A stretch of 64,000 nucleotides of DNA, taken from the IMG/VR virus record IMGVR_UViG_3300024239_000013, positions 1-64,000 of that record; one strand, given 5' to 3'. This document shows positions 10,338 through 20,656 of this stretch, piece after piece (within the stretch, counting starts at the first letter, position 1; every line of letters begins with the position of its first letter). Below the pieces are notes generated by a model, which saw only the letters and a list, made by a program, of their open reading frames with translations, was not told where the DNA came from and did not search any database. The translations under genes and the position numbers were made by a program.

Positions 10338-10553
10338 TTATGGTTCAGTGTCCAGATCTGTTAATACCTCGGGTTCAGGTAAGAAGAACATTATAAGAAA
10401 AGCTGTTGCGAGTAGGGTCACTCCTATAAAGAATAACAACTCGTTTAACGGTTCATCATTAAAAGGAATATATTCCTGAACTACTCCTGCCATTGTTAGG
10501 TAGGCTATAAAAAATAAAAGGATCGTTGCGATTAGGTAAAATAACTTTTTCAT
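10338..10553 (-). CDS. Small two-TM membrane protein
   Basis: Two hydrophobic helices; followed by a hairpin terminator near 10245-10283. Confidence 0.7.
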   Translation of the reverse strand: MKKLFYLIATILLFFIAYLTMAGVVQEYIPFNDEPLNELLFFIGVTLLATAFLIMFFLPEPEVLTDLDTEP

Positions 10554-10619
10554 GGTGTTGTGCTGTATTATATTGAGATTTATATTATATATTAAGTATA
10601 TTAAAAAGGTCTATTTTTT

Positions 10620-10850
10620 TTAAATGTCGTTTCCGTTTTCATCGCATAGAACAAATCGACCTTCGATTACTGGAGGGAACTCGGTTGATGGTTCGCCCTC
10701 TGATACGTATTTGAAGTTGGCTTTACCTTTTGATATGATTAAGGTGTTATCAGCAGAAACACTTATAACGATTTTCTTTTCCGAAAGGAGATTGAATAAC
10801 TCTTCGAATTCTTTTGCAATTTTAGATTCTGTCTTTAGTAGCTTTGCCAT
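10620..10850 (-). CDS. Hypothetical early protein
   Basis: Directly downstream of a class I promoter. Confidence 0.75.
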   Translation of the reverse strand: MAKLLKTESKIAKEFEELFNLLSEKKIVISVSADNTLIISKGKANFKYVSEGEPSTEFPPVIEGRFVLCDENGNDI

Positions 10851-10875
10851 GTCTTTGTTTGATTAGTTTGATGAT

Positions 10876-10908
10876 GTAAATGTAAGAAAAATAACCCGGA
10901 TAAAAAAA
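10876..10908 (-). promoter_or_regulatory. Class I (early-type) promoter TTTTTTATC-N13/14-TAnnTTT(A/G); ~28 copies at 10.9-36 kb plus variants near 53.1, 56.4, 57.8 and 61.9 kb
   Basis: Plus-strand text (g/c)taaatgtaag...gataaaaaaa recurs near 10876, 11410, 11859, 12694, 13050, 13742, 14011, 15768, 16301, 16591, 17451, 17986, 19094, 19653, 20152, 20620, 21077, 21741, 22504, 22852, 23651, 25093, 26192, 26737, 30448, 32460, 34988, 35913, almost always just upstream of a minus-strand ATG; -7 box matches Bacteroidota TAnnTTTG. Confidence 0.9.
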
Positions 10909-10947
10909 TAATTTAGCCGGGTTATTTTAACTTCTTTTTTATTCCCC

Positions 10948-11355
10948 TTACCAGGTAACTGGATTAGCTTCAATAAACTCCGGGGTATAAAGGTGTTTTG
11001 AGTTATCGTTATATTTAATTACATCCTCCCACCAGCGGATTCCCATTTCTAATCTAACTATTGCAAATTTTGCAATATCATCACTGTGGACGAAAAAGAA
11101 AATGTCGTTTCTATCTCCTGTATCCGGAATTGGATTTCCCATTTCGTCTAGGTCAGGAAGTGTTTGCACCTCGGTATGGTATTTTATCCTCACCCCCAAT
11201 TCACTCTTAAAGAAAGACTCGAATTCTTCAATTGAACTGTCACCTAATATAACCGCGGGCCAAACGCAAAGTTGTGTGAAGTTGTTGGAGGGTTGAGTTT
11301 CAGTAGATGGTATTACTGGTAAGATTCTTTCGGTTGTTTTTTTAGTTGTTTCCAT
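10948..11355 (-). CDS. Hypothetical early protein
   Basis: 135-aa ORF after a class I promoter. Confidence 0.8.
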   Translation of the reverse strand: METTKKTTERILPVIPSTETQPSNNFTQLCVWPAVILGDSSIEEFESFFKSELGVRIKYHTEVQTLPDLDEMGNPIPDTGDRNDIFFFVHSDDIAKFAIVRLEMGIRWWEDVIKYNDNSKHLYTPEFIEANPVTW

Positions 11356-11617
11356 TTTGTTTGATTTTTTTTGGTTAGTTAATTATAATGTTATATTTAA
11401 TTTGATGACGTAAATGTAAGGAAAATAATCCGGATAAAAAAATAATTAAAGCGTTAATTTTTTTTAATTTTTTTAGTTTTTTTATTTCCATGTAAAATAA
11501 TCCACACACCGTCGTCCCTGGTGGGATCATCATTTTCATTTTTTATGTAAAGGGGAAATTCCATAAAAAAATCCGAGTTACCCCGGATTTCCAATTTTCC
11601 ATTTTCACTAACTAATT

Positions 11618-11815
11618 TTATTTCAAACCAATTCCTTTAAAATTAAAATTCCCTTTTTTGATTTGTTCAACATCGGCTTTGACCGCATCCGCATACCTCG
11701 GGTCTTGGATTTCCTTTTCCTTGCAATCCATGCAAATTATTTGTGTATTGAACATTGACATAATGGTTACACCGTTGGTAGGTTTGCTACATCTTTGACA
11801 GTTTTGTACGTTCAT
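11618..11815 (-). CDS. Small Zn-finger-like protein
   Basis: CQRC...CMDC; class I promoter upstream. Confidence 0.75.
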   Translation of the reverse strand: MNVQNCQRCSKPTNGVTIMSMFNTQIICMDCKEKEIQDPRYADAVKADVEQIKKGNFNFKGIGLK

Positions 11816-12194
11816 GATTTTAAGATTTTGTTTGGTTGGTTGATTAAATTTGATGACGTAAATATAAGGAATCTTTTTAAGATAAAAAAATAATTCATGA
11901 ATTATTTTTGAGATTTTTTGTCCGAGGTGTACGTGTGTTGCTGTGCATGAGACTTCTTCGCAAGAAGTGCAATTAGAACCTGATGTTTACCAACAGGTTC
12001 CGATCAACTACACCGTCGCTTAGTCGTCCAAGGTGTAGCTGATAAAGCACTAGCACTTCTTAGTTATACTGGTATGATTTTTTTTATCTTAACCTATAGC
12101 CAAAAAAAACCCGAAAGATTTAACAATCTTCCGGATCTTCAAACTCAACTTAGAAACCTATAGAAATTTAACCTTCGAACCTATAGAAACCTTG

Positions 12195-12314
12195 TGGACA
12201 GAGCAGGACTCGAACCTGCAATAGTACCATACTTGCTTCGGATGCCTCCTACAACAACGGAATCGAACCGTATCTCTCGATGCCTCGAGCGCTTTACCAC
12301 TTCGCCACCTGTCC
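12195..12314 (-). ncRNA. tRNA-Leu-like RNA, 69-nt insert replacing the anticodon/variable arms
   Basis: Acceptor GGACAGG/TCTGTCC-A, D arm TGGCGAAGTGGTAAAGCGC, T arm GCAGG-TTCGAGT-CCTGC; extra internal ACGG-TTCGATT-CCGT. Confidence 0.75.
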
Positions 12315-12345
12315 TTATTTTATTTTTTTTATATATTTGTTATGA

Positions 12346-12381
12346 CCCTCGCGGGCGGAGTATCTTAGTAACATAGTATGT
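12346..12381. repeat. 36-bp dispersed motif CCCTCGCGGGCGGAGTATCTTAGTAACATAGTATGT (copies 15532-15567, 23918-23953; partial 20206-20227, ~35977-36011, ~37806-37852)
   Basis: First two copies identical; all intergenic and in the same orientation. Confidence 0.85.
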
Positions 12382-12391
12382 TATAGATCCC

Positions 12392-12658
12392 TTAATCCCA
12401 CCAATTATGAGCCCCAATGTTTACTTTTTTAAATCCAACCAGAAGTGAAAATAAATCTGAAGGAATGTTAACGGTAATGTATGATTCATTAGCCACCCTT
12501 TTCGTAAACATCACAACTGGATATGTGTTGAGAATCGTTTCAATTCCTTCCTCGTTAAAAGAACTGAGATTGATGTTTTCCAATGCAATTAAATTTGGGA
12601 GGTCTTTGATATTTATATCAACAGCAACAGTAATGTTGGTAACCATTTCTTTGTTCAT
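12392..12658 (-). CDS. Hypothetical early protein
   Basis: ORF after a class I promoter. Confidence 0.75.
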   Translation of the reverse strand: MNKEMVTNITVAVDINIKDLPNLIALENINLSSFNEEGIETILNTYPVVMFTKRVANESYITVNIPSDLFSLLVGFKKVNIGAHNWWD

Positions 12659-13169
12659 AACGTTTAGTTTTAGTAATTATTATTTTTTGATGATGTAAAT
12701 GTAAGAAAAATAAACGGGATAAAAAAAATAATTAGAGGATTATTTAATTTTTAATGTTTATTTAATTCCTTTTCGATTTCAATAGACATGCTATCTATAA
12801 ACTTTTTAGTTTTCTGATGTTCTATTGTTTCGTTCAGTCTTAAAAGAGATTCCTTTTCTGTGATTCTATTCATTCTGGAATTGTGTTTATTTGATTCGTG
12901 AATGAATGTAAATATCTTTATATCTCAAATCCAACTATTCTTCCAAGTATTAATACTATCGTTACCGCTAGTCCTACTAACACATACAAATATTGTATCT
13001 TTTTTATCATTTTAAATTATATTTAGATTCATTAATTTTATTTGATGACGTAAATGTAAGAAAAGTAAACCAGATAAAAAAATAATTTGATGGTTATTTT
13101 TGGATTTTAACTTTCTTTTATTTCCGAGGTATTTTACCCTAGATAGCTCTAGAATACTTGAGATTAAAA

Positions 13170-13262
13170 AAAACTAACATGGATACCGACATGCTTCCAC
13201 CGTCGACCGTCGACATCAAAACTAACATGGATACCGACATGTTTCCACCGTCGACCTCGGTG
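13170..13262. repeat. 48-bp-period direct duplication containing CACCGTCG sites
   Basis: AAAACTAACATGGATACCGACATG(C/T)TTCCACCGTCGACC twice. Confidence 0.9.
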
Positions 13263-13360
13263 GGCTCGATCTGCTTACTCCTTTTGCTTAGCATCTCACA
13301 CAAAAAAAGAGCCTCACGCTTGCGAGGCCCCTTTCAAACTAATTGTATAACCAAACTAAA

Positions 13361-13702
13361 CTAAACTTCTATTTCAACTTTCCATTCGTTTTTAATTTCA
13401 ATTCTTAGATTGTACATCATTGTAACGTAAAATGGAAGTACTTTTTGATTTATGTGATCTGCTCTTCCCACCGCGGCAGAAAGGTCATTATCCAAAATCG
13501 ATTTTACGAAACTTCCGGGGTATGTGTCGATACCAACCTTATTTAGCATTATGGAAGTTCCTATGTTTATTATATGCTCATTTGCTTCTTCGTTATGAAG
13601 AAATTCAAATGGGATTAAATTCTTATTTGAGTTTAAGTAGTCTTCTACTTGTTTTCTTACTCCTTGTTCTGCGAGTTGTCTGTCAATTTTTTGTGTTTCC
13701 AT
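13361..13702 (-). CDS. Hypothetical early protein
   Basis: ORF after a class I promoter; PGSFV.SIL.NDL..A..RAD motif. Confidence 0.8.
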   Translation of the reverse strand: METQKIDRQLAEQGVRKQVEDYLNSNKNLIPFEFLHNEEANEHIINIGTSIMLNKVGIDTYPGSFVKSILDNDLSAAVGRADHINQKVLPFYVTMMYNLRIEIKNEWKVEIEV

Positions 13703-13774
13703 TTTTGTTTAGTTTTAAGTTATTTGAATAATTTTGATGGTGTAAATGTAAGGAATATTTTCGAGATAAAAAAA

Positions 13775-13993
13775 TTAACTGGATAAATATTCCTGAAATC
13801 TTTCGTTATAATTCGATTTTCCAAACCCCTTGTTATTCTCGTGGCACCATTTTAAGAATGGAACGACTACAGCATATTCTTTAGAGGTTAGATCCTCTTC
13901 GAATAGATATAGAATTTCGTCTGGGTTAAAAGTTCCCTCGATGTTTACTGCTTTACTGATTAAAGTGTAGAGTCTTTGTGAAAGTTGTTTCAT
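13775..13993 (-). CDS. Hypothetical early protein
   Basis: Start re-called to MKQLSQ, downstream of the promoter at ~14011. Confidence 0.75.
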   Translation of the reverse strand: MKQLSQRLYTLISKAVNIEGTFNPDEILYLFEEDLTSKEYAVVVPFLKWCHENNKGFGKSNYNERFQEYLSS

Positions 13994-14086
13994 TTTAGTT
14001 GATTTTATACCACAAATATACAAAATCTCGTTTAGATAAAAAAAAATAATTTTATAATTTAAGATTATAATTTATTTTTATCCCGG

Positions 14087-14176
14087 GGTGTAGCTGATAG
14101 AGATCTCAGAGAAAGAGAATGTGTAATTTCATGTTTTTCTTTAATATAACACTCTGAGCTCTCTATCAACTACACC
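14087..14176. repeat. Long imperfect inverted repeat flanked by CACC sites
   Basis: GGTGTAGCTGATAGAGA..CTCAGAG / CTCTGAG..TCTCTATCAACTACACC; the same arms occur in swapped order near 12003-12043. Confidence 0.8.
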
Positions 14177-14287
14177 GTTGCCCGGGGTGAAAATGAAGTT
14201 AAGAGAGTGCAAAAAAAGGATCCTTCATCTTGAAGGATCCCCACTCTTTCTTTATTGTAAAATTCTTCCGTGATTTTATACGTACAT

Positions 14288-14818
14288 TTACTTTGTACTG
14301 TAAAATATCTTTCTATTGTAATCGAACACCACCTTATGTTCGGAAAAGAAATCTGAACCGAGTATGCCTATGATCTCCACCCCGGATCCGTTTTTAATGG
14401 TGTTGATAACATTTGATAGGTTACTTGCCTTTAAACTTATATTAAATTGCTTATCCTTTATCTTTATAGTTCTTATATTAACCACGTCTTTCATAAAGTT
14501 AGAACCTCCGATCCCAACAAAGTCTGTGTCTGAATCCATTGTGACTAGACCAATCTCCTCGGATCTATTATAGTCAATCACGCTCACATTAGCACCGGTG
14601 TCAAGTAACATATACTCTTTTTTACCTCCTATCTCCACCTCAGCAAATAGAAGATTACTGTCATTTGTTGTTAGATAATGGAAAGCTCCGATCGGCTCAC
14701 CGTCGTAAACTACTTGTTGGCTGTTTCTTAAGTCCTCTATCTTCTTGTTCTGATTGAATATAAACACCGATGATGTTAATAACAAAACACCTAATAGAAT
14801 GTAATAAATCGATTTCAT
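14288..14818 (-). CDS. Retropepsin-like aspartyl protease with N-terminal membrane anchor
   Basis: LLDTGA and GILGSDF motifs; hydrophobic N-terminus. Confidence 0.85.
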   Translation of the reverse strand: MKSIYYILLGVLLLTSSVFIFNQNKKIEDLRNSQQVVYDGEPIGAFHYLTTNDSNLLFAEVEIGGKKEYMLLDTGANVSVIDYNRSEEIGLVTMDSDTDFVGIGGSNFMKDVVNIRTIKIKDKQFNISLKASNLSNVINTIKNGSGVEIIGILGSDFFSEHKVVFDYNRKIFYSTK

Positions 14819-14989
14819 GTTAATTTTTTGTTTTGTTTTTTGTATTTAATTAAATTATTCTAAGGTATCTATCTTCTTTTTACTTTATGTGCAAATATAC
14901 TAAAAAATACCAAGGAAAAAAAATTCTCTGCATTTGAACTTTATTTAGAGTTCCTACCGTGGATATAATTAATCATCCAAATCTCAATT

Positions 14990-15290
14990 CTGTTTTTCCA
15001 ACTGTTTTTCCAACTGTTTTTCCAACTGTCTCTCTTCTGTTTTTTAGTGTCTACACCGTGGGACGAAAAATCACATGACGTTTAAACAATTGCTAATTGC
15101 TTAGTGGTCATCACCTAGCAATTGCATCTACCGTGGGATAGAAATCTCTTAGAAACCACCCAGTATTACTTAAACAATTGCTTAGCAAGATGCTAAGCAT
15201 CACACACACCTCGGAATGTGAACCACCAGCATTTAAACAATTGCTTAGTAGACATCACCTAGCAATTGCACCTACCGTGGGATAGTTATA
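14990..15290. repeat. Non-coding repeat cluster: (CTGTTTTTCCAA)x3, TTAAACAATTGCT x3, CATCACCTAGCAATTGCA.CTACCGTGGGATAG x2
   Basis: Read directly. Confidence 0.85.
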
Positions 15291-15581
15291 AACCTCTTTT
15301 CTGTTGCTACTTTATTGTCAAATCCACCGGACCAATGTTATAAACCTCGGGCTGCCTTTGATTAATAAAATGTCACTCACACACATATTAAAAAATCCCG
15401 ATAATAGATTATCGGGATTGAAGTAGAATTATTCAAGCTCTACTAAAACTAAACTAATGATGTAAACAAACTAATAACTATTTTATAACCAAAGATATTT
15501 ATATTACGTATTATTTTTCTTAGCATATCTGCCCTCGCGGGCGGAGTATCTTAGTAACATAGTATGTATAGGGGTGCTTAA

Positions 15582-15743
15582 TTAATTTAAGCAAACCTTA
15601 GCCCTAATATTACGATTTTCAAGTGTTGCAAAAGCTCTCTCTTCCTTTTCTGCTGCTTTTAAATCCATTTCCAATTTGGCTAGCATTGCCATCATTAAAA
15701 GCATTCCTAAATTTTTTTCGTTGTTGTTTAGTGGTGTTTCCAT
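15582..15743 (-). CDS. 53-aa hypothetical early protein (METPLNNNEK...), missing from the ORF track
   Basis: ATG 15743 to TAA 15582; class I promoter at ~15768. Confidence 0.6.
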   Translation of the reverse strand: METPLNNNEKNLGMLLMMAMLAKLEMDLKAAEKEERAFATLENRNIRAKVCLN

Positions 15744-15800
15744 TTTTTTTCGTTTTTTAATTATGGTGTAAATGTAAGAAAAATAAACCAGATAAAAAAA

Positions 15801-16052
15801 TTATTTAGCTGGTTTGTTTATATTTTTTAACCACCATTCCTTTAATCTACCTAATTCCCTTTCACCCATATTCATTTCCATAAAATCAACTATTCCCTTA
15901 TATTCTCTCTTCTCCTCCTTATAAAAACCTGGGGTGTCAATGTACTCTTCTCCCATTATTTCTCTAATCGAATATTCAGACATGCTGTCTATCTCTACTA
16001 AGAATCTCTCGAAATTCTTTTTGTTTCTAAATGTGGGTTTTTTATCCTTCAT
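15801..16052 (-). CDS. Hypothetical early protein
   Basis: Start re-called to MKDKKP; short overlap with the upstream gene. Confidence 0.7.
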   Translation of the reverse strand: MKDKKPTFRNKKNFERFLVEIDSMSEYSIREIMGEEYIDTPGFYKEEKREYKGIVDFMEMNMGERELGRLKEWWLKNINKPAK

Positions 16053-16257
16053 GGTCGATGTAAATATTATTCTCCTCGTCATCCTTGTCGTCCTCGTCAT
16101 TCAATTCATACTCGTCTAATAAAGCATCCATGGCATCATTTGCATCATCAGCTGATAGCCAGTTCTTAACAAGATAATCAAGGATAGAAGAGTCCTTGAT
16201 ACCCTCCTCTCTTAACTTTTCTAATTTCTCTATTGGTGTTTTGCGGTCTGTAGCCAT
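16042..16257 (-). CDS. Small acidic early protein
   Basis: Class I promoter upstream; D/E-rich tail. Confidence 0.75.
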   Translation of the reverse strand: MATDRKTPIEKLEKLREEGIKDSSILDYLVKNWLSADDANDAMDALLDEYELNDEDDKDDEENNIYIDHEG

Positions 16258-16359
16258 TTTGATTTTTTTAATTGAGTTATTGTTATTTTTTTATTATGAA
16301 GTAAATGTAAGAAAAATCCACCAGATAAAAAAATAATTTGGTCGAATTTTTTTGCTGAA

Positions 16360-16557
16360 TTAACCCTTCACCCTTACAAAGGTTTCACCGCTGTTCTCTG
16401 AATAAATAACTATTAAATAAAGCCCACCATTTTGTCTTGAAACTAAATTTTTAATTTCTATTATGTTGATTTTACCCACCTCAATTTTCTCTAACCATTC
16501 GTTTAATTTAACCTCCATATCGGCTGCGTAGTCGGCATAAAAAATCTTGGTCTTCAT
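16360..16557 (-). CDS. Small hypothetical early protein
   Basis: Class I promoter upstream. Confidence 0.7.
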   Translation of the reverse strand: MKTKIFYADYAADMEVKLNEWLEKIEVGKINIIEIKNLVSRQNGGLYLIVIYSENSGETFVRVKG

Positions 16558-16654
16558 ATATTCACTATTTATAATTTTTTATTTATACTTCAAATATAAA
16601 AAATCCCAGCCAGATAAAAAAATAATTCGGCTGGGATTTTTTATGAAATTATTG

Positions 16655-17419
16655 TTACCAATATTTTTCTTTATTGATTTTTTTATACGTTCTTGAATCC
16701 CATATATTTTCTCTGTCCTCTAATACACCGTTGTCTAATAAATCTAGAAGTTGAGCTTTGATTAAATCAGCGTCTCTTCCCAATCTATCCTCAATGCATG
16801 TTGAAATTTTACCGTCATAATTAAGATTTTCTAAAACGGGTTCTTTGAATTCGAAATAGTATTCACCTCGGGATTCATTATACGAGGCATGTGAATAGTT
16901 CAGCAGATCAACCTGTGATAGTACGAAAATATATGATTCGAATGGAGGTGTTCCAATCACAAAGAAATCATCACCGTCGTTGAATGCACGATATTGTATG
17001 TAATTGATTGCTCTGAATATTTCTCCGATTAAGGTTTTTGCCGGACCACTAGATGGGATATTTCCTGACTCAAATTTTCCAATTCTGGTTTTCAAATCTT
17101 CATAAAACTCCTCTTCGAATATTCGAAATCTGTCTGGACCTTTGGGACCTTTGATTTTTTCATACGTCGCTTCATGCTCTAATATGTCTTGAGTGATTAC
17201 TATATGGTCAGACAAATCAACGCTTCCTGCTTCTGGATATGAGCAGACGCTAACCCCGGTTTTCTTTGATATTTTGTCAAGCTTACCACTTTCAAAATAT
17301 CTATCTTCTGAGTTTAGATAAAGAAATCTTTTACAGTCTTCGTGAAGTTCTTTTACAGAATTAAGGGTGTTTACTAAAAATCTTAGTTTCTGAATTTTTG
17401 ATAGTTGTGTAATTTCCAT
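16655..17419 (-). CDS. Hypothetical early protein
   Basis: 254 aa; IP.SG.A.T..GE..RA...I.YR..NDGD motif; class I promoter. Confidence 0.8.
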   Translation of the reverse strand: MEITQLSKIQKLRFLVNTLNSVKELHEDCKRFLYLNSEDRYFESGKLDKISKKTGVSVCSYPEAGSVDLSDHIVITQDILEHEATYEKIKGPKGPDRFRIFEEEFYEDLKTRIGKFESGNIPSSGPAKTLIGEIFRAINYIQYRAFNDGDDFFVIGTPPFESYIFVLSQVDLLNYSHASYNESRGEYYFEFKEPVLENLNYDGKISTCIEDRLGRDADLIKAQLLDLLDNGVLEDRENIWDSRTYKKINKEKYW

Positions 17420-17656
17420 TGTAGTTGATTGTTTGTTTGTTAATTATAGTGTAAATTTATGAAAACCAAACCAGATAAAAAAATAATTTAGAGGGTTTAT
17501 TAAAAAAAATATTTTATCGTCTTTATAAAAAATACCACCGGGGTCCGAGGTGTATAGCTTACAGCGATCCCGATTTAAAAAAAAGTATTCTATTACAAAA
17601 AAAACCAGATATATTTTTTTATATCTGGTTTTTTTAGATTTTCTAGAAACTGTTTC

Positions 17657-17962
17657 CTATTCAATTTCAGCTAAAGCTTTTAGAATTTCGTCTAACGCTT
17701 TTACTGTTGCGTTGTTCGTGTGTCCTCCTATGTGGAATTCTACCCTTTCATTTTCGTCGATTCTTTTATATTCCTTCCAATCATAAACTGTAAATACGTC
17801 TCCTGATTCGGTCTCGGCCTGCCATTCGAAGTTGACTTTATCTTCTCCGTCATTCGCAGAATACTTAGGCTCTCCTAATACCATTCTTAGTTTTTTAACT
17901 GATGTTGTGATTGTGGTTCCATGGAAGCTTGTTCCATTTGCTGATTTAGTTGTTGTTCTCAT
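17657..17962 (-). CDS. Conserved phage hypothetical protein
   Basis: GTSFHG, DKV..EW, FTVYDWK, FHIGG motifs; class I promoter. Confidence 0.8.
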   Translation of the reverse strand: MRTTTKSANGTSFHGTTITTSVKKLRMVLGEPKYSANDGEDKVNFEWQAETESGDVFTVYDWKEYKRIDENERVEFHIGGHTNNATVKALDEILKALAEIE

Positions 17963-18019
17963 TTTTTGTTGATTTTTTTATCTGGTGTAAATGTAAGAAA
18001 AATAAACCAGATAAAAAAA

Positions 18020-18322
18020 TTATTTATTGATTATTTTTACGATCGGAAAGTCGACAAATCCATTATTAACCCATCTAACTGGATTTGAGGTTATTTTATT
18101 TTCTATTAAAAATTCAAGAACACCCTCATTTTCGGAATAGTTCTTAATGATGATTTCATTCTCTTCTAATTCGACTTCTGGTAGATTCACCGTTGCCGTC
18201 ATAACCGGACACCCGTCCTCTGCATCAATTAGTTCTAGAGCTAATCTTCCGTTTCGATACCTCCCACTTTCTATTATCACATTATAATCTGAATACTGTG
18301 TTTTTAATTTGTAGGTTTGCAT
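18020..18322 (-). CDS. Hypothetical protein (DUF4313-like)
   Basis: Y.NG.LAL.L...G.P....TVNL, IKNYSENEG; family recalled from memory. Confidence 0.6.
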   Translation of the reverse strand: MQTYKLKTQYSDYNVIIESGRYRNGRLALELIDAEDGCPVMTATVNLPEVELEENEIIIKNYSENEGVLEFLIENKITSNPVRWVNNGFVDFPIVKIINK

Positions 18323-18326
18323 AATT

Positions 18327-18626
18327 CTATAGATTGTTTAATTTTTCGATAAATTCATTCTCCAGCTCTTCGTCATCCAAATCATTTCTTCTGTGTAATT
18401 CAAAAGCCCACTTTGCAATTTTTCTAACCTCATCTTCGCTGTACATTCTCTCTTGCTGCAATTTAGCACCGTGGACCATTCCTTTTTGTAATGCTGCAAC
18501 TATCAATTCATGTTGCGGGTTCCCCTCAATAATTTCTGGGTCATACCCGTAAATTTCTCTAAATAACTTTTCTGCTAGCTTATAAGATTCAGAGTCTTCT
18601 TTAAGCATTTCTTTTTTCTCCCCCAT
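18327..18626 (-). CDS. Hypothetical protein
   Basis: Operon member; GAK.QQERMYSE.EV motif. Confidence 0.75.
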   Translation of the reverse strand: MGEKKEMLKEDSESYKLAEKLFREIYGYDPEIIEGNPQHELIVAALQKGMVHGAKLQQERMYSEDEVRKIAKWAFELHRRNDLDDEELENEFIEKLNNL

Positions 18627-18629
18627 CTT

Positions 18630-19058
18630 TTAGAAGTTTTCGTCATCGTCATATTCCTCATCCTCATCCTCATACTCATCCTCATCCTCATCAGAGTAGA
18701 AAAAACCTTGGGCTCTGCAAGATTTTGGATTTGGTAAACTGTTATATTGCTCGATTACATTTTCCGGGTCTAGATCCTCTACTAATTTAGGATAAATGAC
18801 ACCTTGGGTATCATCACCCACTGGATTTCCTTCAAAAGATAAATCTATACCAGCATCCCTGTTTGACCCTAGTCCGTTTAATTCTGCTAGAAGTTCATAA
18901 AAATCTTTTCCTCCAAATTCTCCGTATCCATCATAATCGTTCTCTGTGAATACTCTTCCGTCTGGGGTAATCATGTGTACTGTGAATGTTTGTTTCCCTG
19001 AATATTTGTTAGCGATAGATCTATCGGTATCGCAAGTATGCCAGCTAAAGAATCCCAT
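18630..19058 (-). CDS. Hypothetical protein with acidic tail
   Basis: MGFFSW...YDGYGEFGGKDFYELLA; class I promoter. Confidence 0.8.
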   Translation of the reverse strand: MGFFSWHTCDTDRSIANKYSGKQTFTVHMITPDGRVFTENDYDGYGEFGGKDFYELLAELNGLGSNRDAGIDLSFEGNPVGDDTQGVIYPKLVEDLDPENVIEQYNSLPNPKSCRAQGFFYSDEDEDEYEDEDEEYDDDENF

Positions 19059-19188
19059 AATATTTTTTTTTAGATTGTTTAATTAATTATGGTGTAAATG
19101 TAAGAAAAATAAACCAGATAAAAAAATAAAATTGGATCAATTTTTCGTTTATTTATTTTGTGTGGATTGGAGTTCGTCTGCACACTAG

Positions 19189-19221
19189 GCACACTACACC
19201 TCGGACCGAGGTGTAGTGTGC
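19189..19221. repeat. Perfect 33-bp palindrome centred on a 17-bp CACC site
   Basis: GCACACTACACCTCGG-A-CCGAGGTGTAGTGTGC. Confidence 0.95.
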
Positions 19222-19338
19222 AGACTACCTGCATAGGAAAACCTAATAACACAATAAAAAAAAAGGACCTCTTTATGAGATCCTTTCCAACTTGCTTAGA
19301 GCTTAAAGCTGTATGTGATTATATAATTAAAAGTCTTC

Positions 19339-19617
19339 TTAGATTATTTCCTCCTCTGTTGTATAGAAAGTTCTTGTGGAATTCTCTTTCTTAATCCTCA
19401 CAACGTGGGTTCCTGTTGGACCGATGTCTGAGATTTTTTCTAAAATAACATTAGCTCCCTGTGGCATTAAACTCGGTTTACCTGAAATGTCTTTCTTTCC
19501 GAATACCTTAATTGGAGATTCTAATATTTTGTTGATTTTTTCTCCTAATGATAAATTTTCATTTTTTTTAGGTTTAGGTAAAAATCTACCTGTTCTTGGG
19601 TCTCTTAATACGTTCAT
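19339..19617 (-). CDS. Basic hypothetical early protein (RDPRTGRF motif)
   Basis: Class I promoter upstream. Confidence 0.75.
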   Translation of the reverse strand: MNVLRDPRTGRFLPKPKKNENLSLGEKINKILESPIKVFGKKDISGKPSLMPQGANVILEKISDIGPTGTHVVRIKKENSTRTFYTTEEEII

Positions 19618-19904
19618 GATATTTTTGTTTTAGATTGTTAATTAATTACTGTACAAATGTATAAAATCTTTTTTAGATAAAAAAATAATTTGTCTAATTT
19701 ATAATTAATTTTTTGATAGTCGATAAAAAATGAATTCGTGGATTATATTTTATCTAGATGTGTGAATTATACTTCAGCAGATGCTTCCACCGTTGACGAC
19801 GGTGTATGTATTTGGATACTGTCAGATAATCCAGATTCTAGAGCAAATAAAAAAACCTCCGGAACTTCCAGAGGTTTATCAAAAAACTTAACAACTACAA
19901 AATA

Positions 19905-20117
19905 TTACGGAACAACAGTAACAAGTTCCTGTGATACAACATAATCATATAACAGGTTCATCTTATATCTAAAATCTCTTTCTTTACCATCACAGTCTTC
20001 TTTAACATATGATTGGTTTAGAAAGGTTTCTATTTCTAAATCGCTTATCTCTGAAATAGCAACATGTGGATAATTTTCGGAAAAGAATCCCTTTACTTCT
20101 TTAATTTGTTCTGTCAT
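19905..20117 (-). CDS. Small hypothetical early protein
   Basis: Class I promoter upstream, terminator near 19850-19876. Confidence 0.75.
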   Translation of the reverse strand: MTEQIKEVKGFFSENYPHVAISEISDLEIETFLNQSYVKEDCDGKERDFRYKMNLLYDYVVSQELVTVVP

Positions 20118-20363
20118 TTTAGTTTGGTATTTTTTTATTATTATTTACTTTGCAAATGTAAGAATAAAATTCGAGATAAAAAATAAATTCGCGCATATAT
20201 GAGTGGTATCTTACTAACATAGTATGTACCGGGGTTTTAGGATTAAGTGCTTAAGTAGATTTTATTAAAACAAAAAAGAGCCTCTTACGAGGCCCCGACT
20301 CCAATTTTTTTAAGAGTCTAAATTAAACACAACCAAACTTTACCAATTTTATTTTATTTTATT

Positions 20364-20597
20364 TTATTTATTAACCTCATCTACTTCTATAATTGTATCA
20401 ACCTCAACGACAATATAATCAATAGCACCGTTGGATAACATAATTTTCATATCAATCTCCTCAACATCATATCCCATTGATTCGAATGCTATCTTTGAAG
20501 CCTCGTAGGAGTTGGTTGCTCTAGCGTGCATTATTGTTGGGCTGTCCCATTCTTCGGGATTTGTTAGAACTATGCAGTACAATTTTTTAGATTCCAT
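20364..20597 (-). CDS. Small hypothetical early protein
   Basis: Class I promoter upstream. Confidence 0.75.
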   Translation of the reverse strand: MESKKLYCIVLTNPEEWDSPTIMHARATNSYEASKIAFESMGYDVEEIDMKIMLSNGAIDYIVVEVDTIIEVDEVNK

Positions 20598-20656
20598 CTT
20601 TTCTAGTTTTTTTCTTATTATAAATGTAAGAATAAAATTCCGGATAAAAAAATAAT